The position numbers and the translations under genes were made by a program. From Escherichia phage A73, in sequence record OP778609: a DNA stretch of 64,000 bases. One strand, written 5' to 3'. Positions 34,414 to 43,125 of the stretch are shown in pieces (the first letter of the stretch is position 1; every line of letters begins with the position of its first letter). The notes beneath the pieces are model-generated. The model searched no databases, was not told the DNA's origin, and saw nothing but the letters and a program-made list of their open reading frames with translations.

Positions 34414-34851
34414 TCATACCCCCTCTTGAATTTTTATCTCTGCCTCGTCCAAAGCTTCACCCATTGCAAGGATATACCTTGAAATTTCAGGAAACAACGC
34501 TTCAAACATCTCTATCTCTTCTTCAAGTATATCCGTTGGATCGAGGAAATACTCTTCAAGGACTATCCGCTTTGTCCCACTCTTGTTGCCATAAGTAACA
34601 AAAACGAAACGATCAGGTTTGCCAATAGAATCTTTGGAGGTTCTCCATTGGAAAAGATGCCTGTTTGAACTTATGTTTATCCTTTTGTCAGCCTTGTCCA
34701 GCGGGATTCTAAAACTTACGGATGTTGACATTCCTTCGGATTGAGTCCATTTTTCACTCTTCTTAAAAATATTGTTCCGGTATCTGTTTTTACCTAAGGC
34801 ATTAAAAGTCCACTGCCTGCTCAATCTCTCGATTATCTCTTTAGTTTTCAA
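34414..34851 (-). CDS. hypothetical protein, same motif family (145 aa)
   Basis: EYFLDPTDILEEEIEMFEALFPE; TTG start. Confidence 0.5.
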   Translation of the reverse strand: MKTKEIIERLSRQWTFNALGKNRYRNNIFKKSEKWTQSEGMSTSVSFRIPLDKADKRINISSNRHLFQWRTSKDSIGKPDRFVFVTYGNKSGTKRIVLEEYFLDPTDILEEEIEMFEALFPEISRYILAMGEALDEAEIKIQEGV

Positions 34852-35369
34852 AACGGTATGTCCTCGTCAACAATAAATTTTATAGCATTCTTTACAGCCG
34901 CTTTATTCAGATGTTGAACACGCTGGAAGAACATTAGGTTCAAGTCAAGAAGAATATCATCATCTCCGTACAACGCCGTGAAAAGATCAAGCTCTTCATC
35001 TGTCGGATGCGTGGGATTCTCAAATAAGCCCTCAAACACCACCTGGGCCTCATTTCTTTTAGCCAGCGTGGTTGAGTCTCGATAGATATTTAATACCGTG
35101 TGTACATCATCTACGCTTAGGATTTTGACACATTCCAGATCTCCTGTGTCACCATCGAGATAAAGAGTGATCGCAGGAGTTGACCAATTTGATTCACTTA
35201 TTGCATAAACGTAGATGCTTTTGCGATTACCAACTGCAATAGACTCTTCAATTTTCTTTTCTGCCGCCTTAAAGAAAGGTTGGTGTTTGATCCAATGCTC
35301 CCAACCAATCCAACGAGCACCCTTACCATACGCATTCAGCACATGATTCTCAATGTTACGTTTACTCAT
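34848..35369 (-). CDS. hypothetical protein, same motif family (173 aa)
   Basis: GLFENPTHPTDEELDLFTALYGDD. Confidence 0.55.
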   Translation of the reverse strand: MSKRNIENHVLNAYGKGARWIGWEHWIKHQPFFKAAEKKIEESIAVGNRKSIYVYAISESNWSTPAITLYLDGDTGDLECVKILSVDDVHTVLNIYRDSTTLAKRNEAQVVFEGLFENPTHPTDEELDLFTALYGDDDILLDLNLMFFQRVQHLNKAAVKNAIKFIVDEDIPF

Positions 35370-35381
35370 TTAAAACCCCCA

Positions 35382-35415
35382 TAAAAGAAAAGCCAGCCAC
35401 CTTTCGGTGACTGGC
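35382..35415 (-). terminator. rho-independent terminator
   Basis: minus-strand GCCAGTCACC-GAAA-GGTGGCTGGC followed by TTTTCTTTT. Confidence 0.7.
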
Positions 35416-35421
35416 CTAGAG

Positions 35422-35880
35422 TTAGCTACTAATCACCACGAATGCAGTAACTATAGCATACAGAAATCCAATTGCAACAAAAATTATCATAATGGGGTCA
35501 GAGGTTACTCGCTTAAGTTTTCCTAAGAAAGTTGATCGGTATTTGTGTTCCTTCTCCATTTTGTTTATCAAAATGATGAAAGAGTTGATATGAATATCTT
35601 CAGCACTCTCTGCAAAAGGTGTGTACTTGAACGTACCTTCTGTATTTGCAACAAAGCTGCGATGATACTTTTTACCGTCATAACTTTCTATAAGAAGACC
35701 ATCCTTTGTCACCCGATAACTGACTGAACGGAACTTGTCATAAAAAACGTATGCCCTGAATCCATCTTGATCGGGAACAGCCTTTCTGACGTAGCCGTCA
35801 AAAAACTCCAATCTCTTTCCAGAATTCAGTTCCAAGTTGTCAGCTAACATAGGGAGTTGACTTACGTATGTAAAGTACAT
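35422..35880 (-). CDS. tail-anchored membrane protein (152 aa)
   Basis: C-terminal TM PIMIIFVAIGFLYAIVTAFVVI; ATG at 35880 preceded by GGAAGGA (track start 35889). Confidence 0.5.
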   Translation of the reverse strand: MYFTYVSQLPMLADNLELNSGKRLEFFDGYVRKAVPDQDGFRAYVFYDKFRSVSYRVTKDGLLIESYDGKKYHRSFVANTEGTFKYTPFAESAEDIHINSFIILINKMEKEHKYRSTFLGKLKRVTSDPIMIIFVAIGFLYAIVTAFVVISS

Positions 35881-36025
35881 AATGATCATCCTTCCACTAA
35901 GCTGAAATCATTTTATCATATTATGAAAAAATACAACAGCGAAGATCGGTCATGAACACTATGTTGTTAATTTTTACAACAGGACTCCAAAAAAGTATTT
36001 AAATCACTTAAATCGATTTTAATAC

Positions 36026-36061
36026 ATAGAAAATACCTATGGACCAGATCTGACCCATAGG
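36026..36061 (-). terminator. terminator: 26-bp near-palindrome plus T-rich run
   Basis: CCTATGG..CAGATCTG..CCATAGG then TATTTTCT on minus strand, downstream of ORF 36082. Confidence 0.55.
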
Positions 36062-36081
36062 CTATACCTTAATGTGAAATT

Positions 36082-36660
36082 TTATTCATTTCCCCGATAT
36101 TTTTGAATTGCGATCGAAGTCCTTGGTTCAGCCAGTCCAGTTCCATATGCATACCATTTGCCAGTGAGTGTTTTTCGAGCACCGTAGGACCCAATCTCCA
36201 TGTCGTCACAATAAACATCGTAACCGATCGGGGTCTTAACTAAAAAGAGTACATTACGAGGAATCCCTAAGAGGGTAAACATCGATATGGCATCTTTTGC
36301 GATCTCGTGAGAAATCTTCTCTGCATTCTTTTTACTGGTTGCACTTCTAAACAGTTCCATCTTTAAGAAGATATTGAAATGAATATCATCAAGAACCATC
36401 TCATCACGGAAGCATGGGGTCACAGCCATCCAACTGCCATCTTCCAACTTCCCTTCTTTGTCGAGTTGGAGGAATGATTGCTCTGCGGAAGCCACTGCAT
36501 ATTTCCCGTTCTGGACAATTCGAAGATCAGTAACATCTTCGGGGCATGTATGGTCCATAGCATCATCATCCACATAGCTTGGGACAACCTTATCATTGAA
36601 ACCTTTACATTTCCACCAACTGTGGGCATCAATAAACAATGTGAAGTCGATGTTTGACAT
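36082..36660 (-). CDS. hypothetical protein (192 aa)
   Basis: ATG (MSNIDF..) preceded by GCGAGG; track ORF starts at GTG 36690. Confidence 0.5.
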   Translation of the reverse strand: MSNIDFTLFIDAHSWWKCKGFNDKVVPSYVDDDAMDHTCPEDVTDLRIVQNGKYAVASAEQSFLQLDKEGKLEDGSWMAVTPCFRDEMVLDDIHFNIFLKMELFRSATSKKNAEKISHEIAKDAISMFTLLGIPRNVLFLVKTPIGYDVYCDDMEIGSYGARKTLTGKWYAYGTGLAEPRTSIAIQKYRGNE

Positions 36661-36661
36661 T

Positions 36662-37165
36662 TTAGCCTCGCTTACCATTCTGGAATGCACGTTTAGTAAT
36701 TTTTGACATAACCATCAGGTCTTCTATTGAAGTGCTTGGATGATACTTATTCAGGTAGGCTTCCATAGCACCGACCAGATCAGAAAGCTCTACCAACTCC
36801 ATGATCTTACATTTTTGTTTAGCTGCATCCTTGAGTTCATCAAGTTCTTCTTGAATCTTAGTGATCTCTCCAAGCTCTCCGCGAGGGAAAGTATCCAGAT
36901 GATAACCAGGTTTTTGTTCTTCAATACCCTCATGTCCGACAACACGAAATTTTCCGGCAGCGAAACGCCAAACACCTTCAAAATACACAATGTAATGTTC
37001 CGACTCTACAATGAAGATAGTGTCGAAATTTTTAAATTTAAAAAATCCTTCGACAAGATTATCTTCTGTACTGAAACTTCCTAAGAAGTTGAGTTCTTGC
37101 TCCGTATGAAATTCCATAACCATATTTTCGTTCTGGAGTTTCGTCAGCAATTTTAAAATTTTCAT
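36662..37165 (-). CDS. putative MazG-like nucleotide pyrophosphohydrolase-domain protein (167 aa)
   Basis: C-terminal helix pair with EELDELKDA..ELVELSDLVGA resembles MazG/HisE-type metal-binding helices; ATG 37165 preceded by GAGGAG. Confidence 0.35.
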   Translation of the reverse strand: MKILKLLTKLQNENMVMEFHTEQELNFLGSFSTEDNLVEGFFKFKNFDTIFIVESEHYIVYFEGVWRFAAGKFRVVGHEGIEEQKPGYHLDTFPRGELGEITKIQEELDELKDAAKQKCKIMELVELSDLVGAMEAYLNKYHPSTSIEDLMVMSKITKRAFQNGKRG

Positions 37166-37176
37166 TTTCTCTCCTC

Positions 37177-37665
37177 TTATGGGCAACACCGTGGAGATCT
37201 TCCACAGAAGAATTGCCAATTGGTTTCTGAGTCTTTGTAATTTACAAACCCTATCCTTCCGCACCCTTGTCCACTACAAACAGCCTCACGAGGATGATAG
37301 TCTATACTACAAGAGTGTGGATGGTCAAATGCTTCTCGTATTTCAACACATAGTCGGCTTAACCAGGCGAACATTTTTGGCATAGAAGCCTCAAGAAGTT
37401 TAAGTTCGTCGATCGTAGGTTTGTCTTTCTCAAGGAAGAAGTCATCTATCTCGGAAAACAAAATAACGTTTTGAACTATCCCGTCAGTTACCTTGTAAGA
37501 GAACTCCTCAGTAAGCCTCACGGTAACTTCCTCTATCAGTTCTTTTTCATTATCTTGATCTTTTGCCAGTCTTTCCTCAATCCATCGGATAATGAAGAAT
37601 CTTTCTCTCTGAACATCCATGTTCAAAGTGTTGATTATTTTTTCATAGATTAGGTTTCCTTCCAT
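37177..37665 (-). CDS. hypothetical protein with C-terminal Cys-rich zinc-finger-like tail (162 aa)
   Basis: HPHSCSIDYH..CSGQGCGR..CGRSPRCC; also carries FLEKDKPTIDELKLLEASMP family motif. Confidence 0.5.
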   Translation of the reverse strand: MEGNLIYEKIINTLNMDVQRERFFIIRWIEERLAKDQDNEKELIEEVTVRLTEEFSYKVTDGIVQNVILFSEIDDFFLEKDKPTIDELKLLEASMPKMFAWLSRLCVEIREAFDHPHSCSIDYHPREAVCSGQGCGRIGFVNYKDSETNWQFFCGRSPRCCP

Positions 37666-38777
37666 ACCTTGTCTTGTGCCTCCAGGATAAGTTTTTCAAC
37701 AATCTTCAGATCTGTTTTCTTTGGTAAGCTCGATTGCTTATAAAGAACATCTGTGATCATTTTATCTTTTTCTTCAGCCCAGTCAACAATTTCTTCATAG
37801 CGGTATTCACCATTTCGGATTGCGAGGAGTTCTTCAGCGTCTGGTCGATTCACTAAAACTTTACCTTCTGTGAGGATTTCTTCACCCATCCGAAGAAGCC
37901 GGACCAAATGCATAGCATGTTTAGTGTCGTAACCGAACTTCTCTTCCAGTTCATGACGCTTCTCGTTACGATTCTTAACCCATTCCCAATAGTTGTGGTG
38001 TTTCTCCTTGGCCCATTTATGATCGTCAGCACAATACTTAACAATCATCAGTGTCTTACCTCTTTTAACTTCATCTGGGATTTCTTCATAGTCCAGCTTA
38101 CGGATAGAACCATCTTTGTTAAACATAGGTTCAACATTTTCACGACGATCCTCTACAACGCCGTAAATGTTACTGCCGTAATGAACCAAAGTACAGAAGC
38201 CTTCCATGTTTTTAAATTTACGAACAAAGTCTTCGTACTTCAACTCACCTTCTCCGAGATAGCTCTGCACCAGACGGAAATAGTCAAATTGAGTTGGTGG
38301 CTCTTTTGGTTGCGGATTATTAATGTGTTTGTTGTGACCCTTGATCCGCTTTAACTGAGACATTGCATAACCACTGAAGCGAAATGCAACTTCACGAGAC
38401 AGTAAGGAGTAGAAATGTTCTTTCATCTCTTTCCAAGCTTCGTGCTCGTACAATGTGGCTTTCGGATCAGTAAAACCCAGTTCAATGATATTTGGGTTCA
38501 TCTTCGAAAACAGTTGAAGGAAAGTTCCCAATTCGTAGATCTTAGCATCCTCTTCACCAGGGATGTTTAATTCAGTAACCTCTTTGAATGGGGTACGAAC
38601 CACATTTGGGGTTGCAACAAAAACCCCACGGATATCAATATCACTACCTTCGTTATTCGTACCATACGCATGAGATCCTGCCAGACTCAACATCAGTACC
38701 TTCGCCACGTCTGGATGATTTTCCATCTTCTCTACGATACTTTTTACCTTTCCAGCACTCACAACTGAATTTTCCAT
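37650..38777 (-). CDS. Pol-beta-superfamily nucleotidyltransferase (375 aa)
   Basis: GS-x10-DIDI motif (AGSHAYGTNNEGSDIDIRGVF); ATG 38777 preceded by GGAGGA. Confidence 0.6.
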   Translation of the reverse strand: MENSVVSAGKVKSIVEKMENHPDVAKVLMLSLAGSHAYGTNNEGSDIDIRGVFVATPNVVRTPFKEVTELNIPGEEDAKIYELGTFLQLFSKMNPNIIELGFTDPKATLYEHEAWKEMKEHFYSLLSREVAFRFSGYAMSQLKRIKGHNKHINNPQPKEPPTQFDYFRLVQSYLGEGELKYEDFVRKFKNMEGFCTLVHYGSNIYGVVEDRRENVEPMFNKDGSIRKLDYEEIPDEVKRGKTLMIVKYCADDHKWAKEKHHNYWEWVKNRNEKRHELEEKFGYDTKHAMHLVRLLRMGEEILTEGKVLVNRPDAEELLAIRNGEYRYEEIVDWAEEKDKMITDVLYKQSSLPKKTDLKIVEKLILEAQDKVWKET

Positions 38778-38867
38778 TTATCCTCCAATCATGTAAGTCA
38801 CACAAGCCAACCCAGTTGGCCTGTTTAATCTTTATAAAGTTTACGCAGCTTGTGCAGTCTTTTTTAT

Positions 38868-39263
38868 TTATAGGCATTTCACACCATAAATGATCATCAA
38901 TACAACAAGTGTCAGTGTATAGATCAAACTCCCATAAAGTCCATGACTGGTGATTTTAAGCTTTTTCTTAAAGCACATCATTGTACTATAAATTACACCA
39001 GTCCAGTGAATCACTAAAATCGCGGTGGCAATATCTGAAACATTACCCGCCCAAAGCATCAGAGAGTATGAGAGGTACATTGCAAAACCTGATAGCAGGA
39101 ATGTAAACAAATAACCAATTACACTTTTCTTTTTCTGATATACGATTTTATTTTTCATGGTATCGATGTTCAGATTGTAATAGGCAACTGCCACTATCTG
39201 GATAATCAGCCCCAAGATAAAGAAAGAGATCAGTGTAACGTATTCAAAAATTGGTGCAGTCAT
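38868..39263 (-). CDS. integral membrane protein (131 aa, about 4 TM)
   Basis: four hydrophobic segments. Confidence 0.55.
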   Translation of the reverse strand: MTAPIFEYVTLISFFILGLIIQIVAVAYYNLNIDTMKNKIVYQKKKSVIGYLFTFLLSGFAMYLSYSLMLWAGNVSDIATAILVIHWTGVIYSTMMCFKKKLKITSHGLYGSLIYTLTLVVLMIIYGVKCL

Positions 39264-39661
39264 TATAATTTCTCCTCAATAATTTCAGAAATGAGATTCG
39301 AGATCTCGAAAGTTTCTAACTCTTCGACGTGTGACAAGCGCTGGAGGCGCTCGATAACAAAGTCTTTCTTCACAAATACATCCGACAAATGCTCAATGTC
39401 CTGCTTACCACGCATTCCGCTAACCAACTGCTTGTATCGGATGAGTTCAATATACTCCTCTTTAGACATTACTGTCAAGCGTTCATCTGCACAAATATGC
39501 AAAAATACTTGCTTGCTGTCCCAGTCAAATCCTCTGTACACTGCCTCTACTTCACGGCGTGGTGTCCCGCCCAGTGTTACATGACCAACCTCAACAGGGA
39601 TAGATACCTGATCATCAGGTCGGCACTGCTGCAACTCCTCAATCAATTCAGAAACTTTCAT
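39263..39661 (-). CDS. hypothetical protein (132 aa)
   Basis: ATG verified. Confidence 0.5.
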   Translation of the reverse strand: MKVSELIEELQQCRPDDQVSIPVEVGHVTLGGTPRREVEAVYRGFDWDSKQVFLHICADERLTVMSKEEYIELIRYKQLVSGMRGKQDIEHLSDVFVKKDFVIERLQRLSHVEELETFEISNLISEIIEEKL

Positions 39662-39663
39662 AG

Positions 39664-40119
39664 TTACCCCTGCTTAAGCTTGAAAGATTTAAATGCTTCG
39701 ATAAAGTCCATTTCTTTTTGCGTATACTTATGATCGATTGTATCAGCGAAAAGAGGGCAACGACCATCAACCAACTTCACATCCCACAGATGTTGAGGGA
39801 GAATAAATGCAATGGCTGTAAGTGCACCATTCAAAGAATCATTCTCCTCGCAGAAAAATGCGTAAGGAATCTTCTCTATGTTTGGAGCTAAAAATCCTTC
39901 TGCAAAATTAAGCATCTTAGATTGATAGCCTCCGTTCAACAAGATCATTGTTTGGTCTTTGCTTTGCCACTGATCTACAAGGTTGTATCTGTCATCATAT
40001 CGATCGGCATAGGCAAAGCCATAATGACCTACAAGGTTTGCTGCTGCATGTGCTGCTTGGATACCTGCTTGGATTCCCATCATATAGCTGTTTACCAATA
40101 CGTACATCCGAGTTTTCAA
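39664..40119 (-). CDS. hypothetical protein, possible PTH2-like peptidyl-tRNA hydrolase fold (151 aa)
   Basis: N-terminal VLVNSYMMGIQAGIQAAHAA loosely resembles PTH2 motif (..MGKGKIAAQCSHAA); TTG start; weak call. Confidence 0.25.
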   Translation of the reverse strand: MKTRMYVLVNSYMMGIQAGIQAAHAAANLVGHYGFAYADRYDDRYNLVDQWQSKDQTMILLNGGYQSKMLNFAEGFLAPNIEKIPYAFFCEENDSLNGALTAIAFILPQHLWDVKLVDGRCPLFADTIDHKYTQKEMDFIEAFKSFKLKQG

Positions 40120-40436
40120 TTCTTACCTCCGAAAATTCTTTTTGCAAATTTTTCATTACCTAACGTCATGTTGTAGAAAACTATAATTGAATAGACAATC
40201 CACGCAAGGACATAAAATAAAATCAAGAAAGGCCAGCCCACAAACCAAAACACTGTCATTATTAACCAGCCCGTCATAAGGAGTTTATAATTAACATTCC
40301 CGTGATTTAAAGGGTCAAGTAAGTTACTGTTCTCTGGCAGGGTGATACGAAACCCACCTTGACGAAGCTTGATCAAAAAGAACCAAGCAGCAGAACTTAT
40401 AATGCAACATAAAATATATATCAGTAATCCTGTCAT
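40116..40436 (-). CDS. small membrane protein, paralog (106 aa)
   Basis: shares AWFFLIKLRQGGF and WFVGWPFLILF with next ORF. Confidence 0.5.
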   Translation of the reverse strand: MTGLLIYILCCIISSAAWFFLIKLRQGGFRITLPENSNLLDPLNHGNVNYKLLMTGWLIMTVFWFVGWPFLILFYVLAWIVYSIIVFYNMTLGNEKFAKRIFGGKN

Positions 40437-40762
40437 TTTTTAACTCCGAAGATCTTAGATAGTAATTTATCATTCCCGATAGTTACACCACAAAAACTTT
40501 TTACTCCGTATACTAGATACGACCCGATTGTAACACAGATAATGATCGGATAAACAAGATACCAAAAGAATGTTGCAAGTATCCACCCTGCCATCACCAT
40601 ACGTAAATTTACATTTTCGTTATTCAGTGGCTCCAGGATATAAATATCCTCACAATCTTTTGGGAAGGGGATGTTGAACCCCTTCTGCCGTAATTTGATC
40701 AGTAAGAACCAAAGTGGGCAACTAATAAGACAACCTATTAAATAACCTTCAACCATTTTCAC
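40433..40762 (-). CDS. small membrane protein, paralog (109 aa)
   Basis: tandem duplicate of ORF 40116. Confidence 0.5.
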   Translation of the reverse strand: MKMVEGYLIGCLISCPLWFLLIKLRQKGFNIPFPKDCEDIYILEPLNNENVNLRMVMAGWILATFFWYLVYPIIICVTIGSYLVYGVKSFCGVTIGNDKLLSKIFGVKK

Positions 40763-41999
40763 TCTCCTTCAACTTGTCAAGATATTGTGTAACGTATCTT
40801 ACTTTTACATTTCGGATTCTGCTCTTGATCTCATCTGGACGTCCCGCGAATTTTTCAGAAATCTCTTTACTTTCTTTTGAGATTGCAACACTGTTCTGAA
40901 TAATCCCCGCCAGTGCTGAGAATAATACCAGTGGTTGACTGTAGTTGTCAAACATTTTTTCAGGTCCACGCCCACGAGCATCACAGATGCAAGCGTCAAT
41001 AAATTCAGAGAGGAATGCTTGGTCCTTTTCACCACGTAAGGCTACTAACAAGTCATAAACTTTCTTTGGCTTCATTTCTTTGATACGGTGAAGTCGTGTA
41101 TGATGCTCAGTTACAGCTAAAGCCAACTTCTTCCAATTATTGGGGACACCAAAGCGATCACAAACTTGTTCAGTTAACTTGATACCATGTTCTTCGTGAC
41201 CGTGCAGTTTACCCGTTAGCCAATAAATACATTTACCTAAGTCGTGACAAAGGACTGCCCACTTCACAGCCTCACTTGCACGAGTCGCCTGGGCATAATC
41301 CATGCAAAGTAAAGTGTGAACAAATGCATCACCTTCAGGATGGTGCTCCTTGGGTTGAACAACATCGTATAAATCCACAAGCTCAGGAAATTCTCCCAGT
41401 TGAGTCAACATACGGATCATTACCGAAGGTTTATTCATTTCTGACTGATCACTGAAGCATTTCTTAATCTCTGCAAATTTACGCTCTTTTGGCAATGCAC
41501 TTAAATCCACACTCCGACACATTAGCCAAGTGTCAGGATCAATTGTAAACTCACCGCCGTATCTGGCATGTAATCTGGCTAGTCGGTACACACGTAAAGG
41601 GTCTTCGATAAATGCTTTAGTGGATACACAACGTAACCGACGAAGTTCAATATCCATTGCACCATTACAAGGGTCGATAATTTCGCCCGTGGAAATATCC
41701 TTGGCGATCGCATTAATGGTTAAATCTCTTCGCATCAGGTCTTGTTCAATTGTAACGTCTGGAGAGAACACAACTTCGAAATCGTGATAACCAGGGCCTG
41801 TTGATCTTTCCGTTCGAGCAAGAGCATACTCTTCTTTAGTGTTCGGTTCAAGGTACACAGGGAAAGCTGCACCAACCTTAGTAAATCCCTTCTCAATCAT
41901 TTCTTCATGGGTCGCTCCAACTACAACGTAGTCACGATCCTTGCTTTCAACACTCATTAGTTCATCGCGAACTGCACCACCTACCAAGTAAACTTTCAT
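40749..41999 (-). CDS. cca: tRNA nucleotidyltransferase (CCA-adding enzyme) with HD domain
   Basis: head-domain motif YLVGGAVRDEL; HD motif LCHDLGK; ATG 41999 (MKVYLVGG) preceded by GGAGAAGAAGGA; track start 42047. Confidence 0.75.
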   Translation of the reverse strand: MKVYLVGGAVRDELMSVESKDRDYVVVGATHEEMIEKGFTKVGAAFPVYLEPNTKEEYALARTERSTGPGYHDFEVVFSPDVTIEQDLMRRDLTINAIAKDISTGEIIDPCNGAMDIELRRLRCVSTKAFIEDPLRVYRLARLHARYGGEFTIDPDTWLMCRSVDLSALPKERKFAEIKKCFSDQSEMNKPSVMIRMLTQLGEFPELVDLYDVVQPKEHHPEGDAFVHTLLCMDYAQATRASEAVKWAVLCHDLGKCIYWLTGKLHGHEEHGIKLTEQVCDRFGVPNNWKKLALAVTEHHTRLHRIKEMKPKKVYDLLVALRGEKDQAFLSEFIDACICDARGRGPEKMFDNYSQPLVLFSALAGIIQNSVAISKESKEISEKFAGRPDEIKSRIRNVKVRYVTQYLDKLKESENG

Positions 42000-42037
42000 T
42001 CCTTCTTCTCCCATTCTTTCCAATTCTGCATGTCCGC

Positions 42038-42202
42038 TCATAGCCATCCCCTTTCTTTATACCCTTTTGTAAATCCTGATTCCCAATCTTGAAATTGCTC
42101 CGGCATGGTGTTTGGATTATACGGGTTGTTTCTCTTGAACATCCCAAACTTGAATCCAGCGGCTCGGCCCTTCTCGTATGCTGAACTGCTTTTTCTTGTC
42201 AT
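42038..42202 (-). CDS. small basic protein (54 aa)
   Basis: ATG 42202 preceded by GAGGAG; track start 42232. Confidence 0.45.
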   Translation of the reverse strand: MTRKSSSAYEKGRAAGFKFGMFKRNNPYNPNTMPEQFQDWESGFTKGYKERGWL

Positions 42203-42528
42203 ACTCTTTCTCCTCTTAAATTTAAAGACCAATCTTTTATTTCTTCTTTCCAGTTCGTATTTCTCTTAATGTCTTGCTTTTGACCGCGAAGATAGTTAAT
42301 GATCTCAAGCGGGTCTTGCTTAACAAAAGAAATATTGTCGATCGGGCACTCAACTAACTTAAGCATCCTTTCAAAACGATTATACTCATCTTCTGATTTC
42401 GGTGCAACAGGAATAACATCATAATCTTCAAGATTGTCGAGAGTTTCAAGGGTAACCCTCATCTCGTAGCCTTCTAATCTCTTTGTCTTGATACCAAACA
42501 CTCTTCGAAAGTAAATGTAATATTTCAT
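42199..42528 (-). CDS. hypothetical protein (109 aa)
   Basis: ATG verified. Confidence 0.5.
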   Translation of the reverse strand: MKYYIYFRRVFGIKTKRLEGYEMRVTLETLDNLEDYDVIPVAPKSEDEYNRFERMLKLVECPIDNISFVKQDPLEIINYLRGQKQDIKRNTNWKEEIKDWSLNLRGERV

Positions 42529-42554
42529 TATGTTCTCCTACTTAATGATCATCA

Positions 42555-42582
42555 TTATACACATCCCTGAATTCAAGTCAAC
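42555..42582 (-). promoter_or_regulatory. sigma70 promoter TTGACT-16-TATAAT (minus strand)
   Basis: consensus hexamers; -35 overlaps U tract of terminator 42582-42607. Confidence 0.6.
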
Positions 42583-42607
42583 AAAAAAGGCCACCCGAAG
42601 GTGACCT
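42582..42607 (-). terminator. rho-independent terminator AGGTCACC-TTCG-GGTGGCCT + T6
   Basis: seen directly on minus strand after stop of methyltransferase gene. Confidence 0.8.
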
Positions 42608-42613
42608 TTAAAT

Positions 42614-43123
42614 TTAAGGGTGAATCCAGTAAAAAGGTTTTGTTAAACCAAGTTTACCTTTCGGGTCCCAAATGAAGTAGGCATACGCCGCACCATCTGT
42701 TTTCCCATCCTCAGTAAAAGAGGGTCGCTTGGATAGAGTAACCAAGTGATCAACAGGATATTCCTTCCAGAACTCCACACGTTTGGTACTCTCAAGGAAA
42801 CCTAAACGAAGCAGCATTATCACCACATCAGCATCCTTGTGAGCCTTCTCTACAAACTCTTGAGCTAAATTATAAGGTGGGTTAGTTAACACACAATCTA
42901 CCTTATTGTATTTAGTTGCAAGATAATCAACACCTTCTTGAATCTCTCCCCAAGCTGAACCAATTGGCATTTCATTATAAAAACGTCCAGAGGCTCTGCA
43001 AGGTTCCAGATAAGTCCAATCCTGACGGATTGGAACTAAATTCAAGAAAGCATCTACTGCCCATTTCGGAGTTTCATAGCGATCATTTTCACGGCGCTCT
43101 GCTTTAGGTTTCAATGCTGCCAC
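42614..43123 (-). CDS. DNA N6-adenine methyltransferase
   Basis: motif IV TNPPY (CVLTNPPYNL); 169 aa; GTG start preceded by AAGGGGG. Confidence 0.7.
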   Translation of the reverse strand: MAALKPKAERRENDRYETPKWAVDAFLNLVPIRQDWTYLEPCRASGRFYNEMPIGSAWGEIQEGVDYLATKYNKVDCVLTNPPYNLAQEFVEKAHKDADVVIMLLRLGFLESTKRVEFWKEYPVDHLVTLSKRPSFTEDGKTDGAAYAYFIWDPKGKLGLTKPFYWIHP

Positions 43124-43125
43124 TC

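Noticed and set aside
38653-38877. Track ORF 38653-38877 (-) overlapping the N-terminus of the nucleotidyltransferase gene
   Set aside because: It is out of frame with a gene that has a strong RBS and a clear catalytic motif; only about 33 codons are unique.
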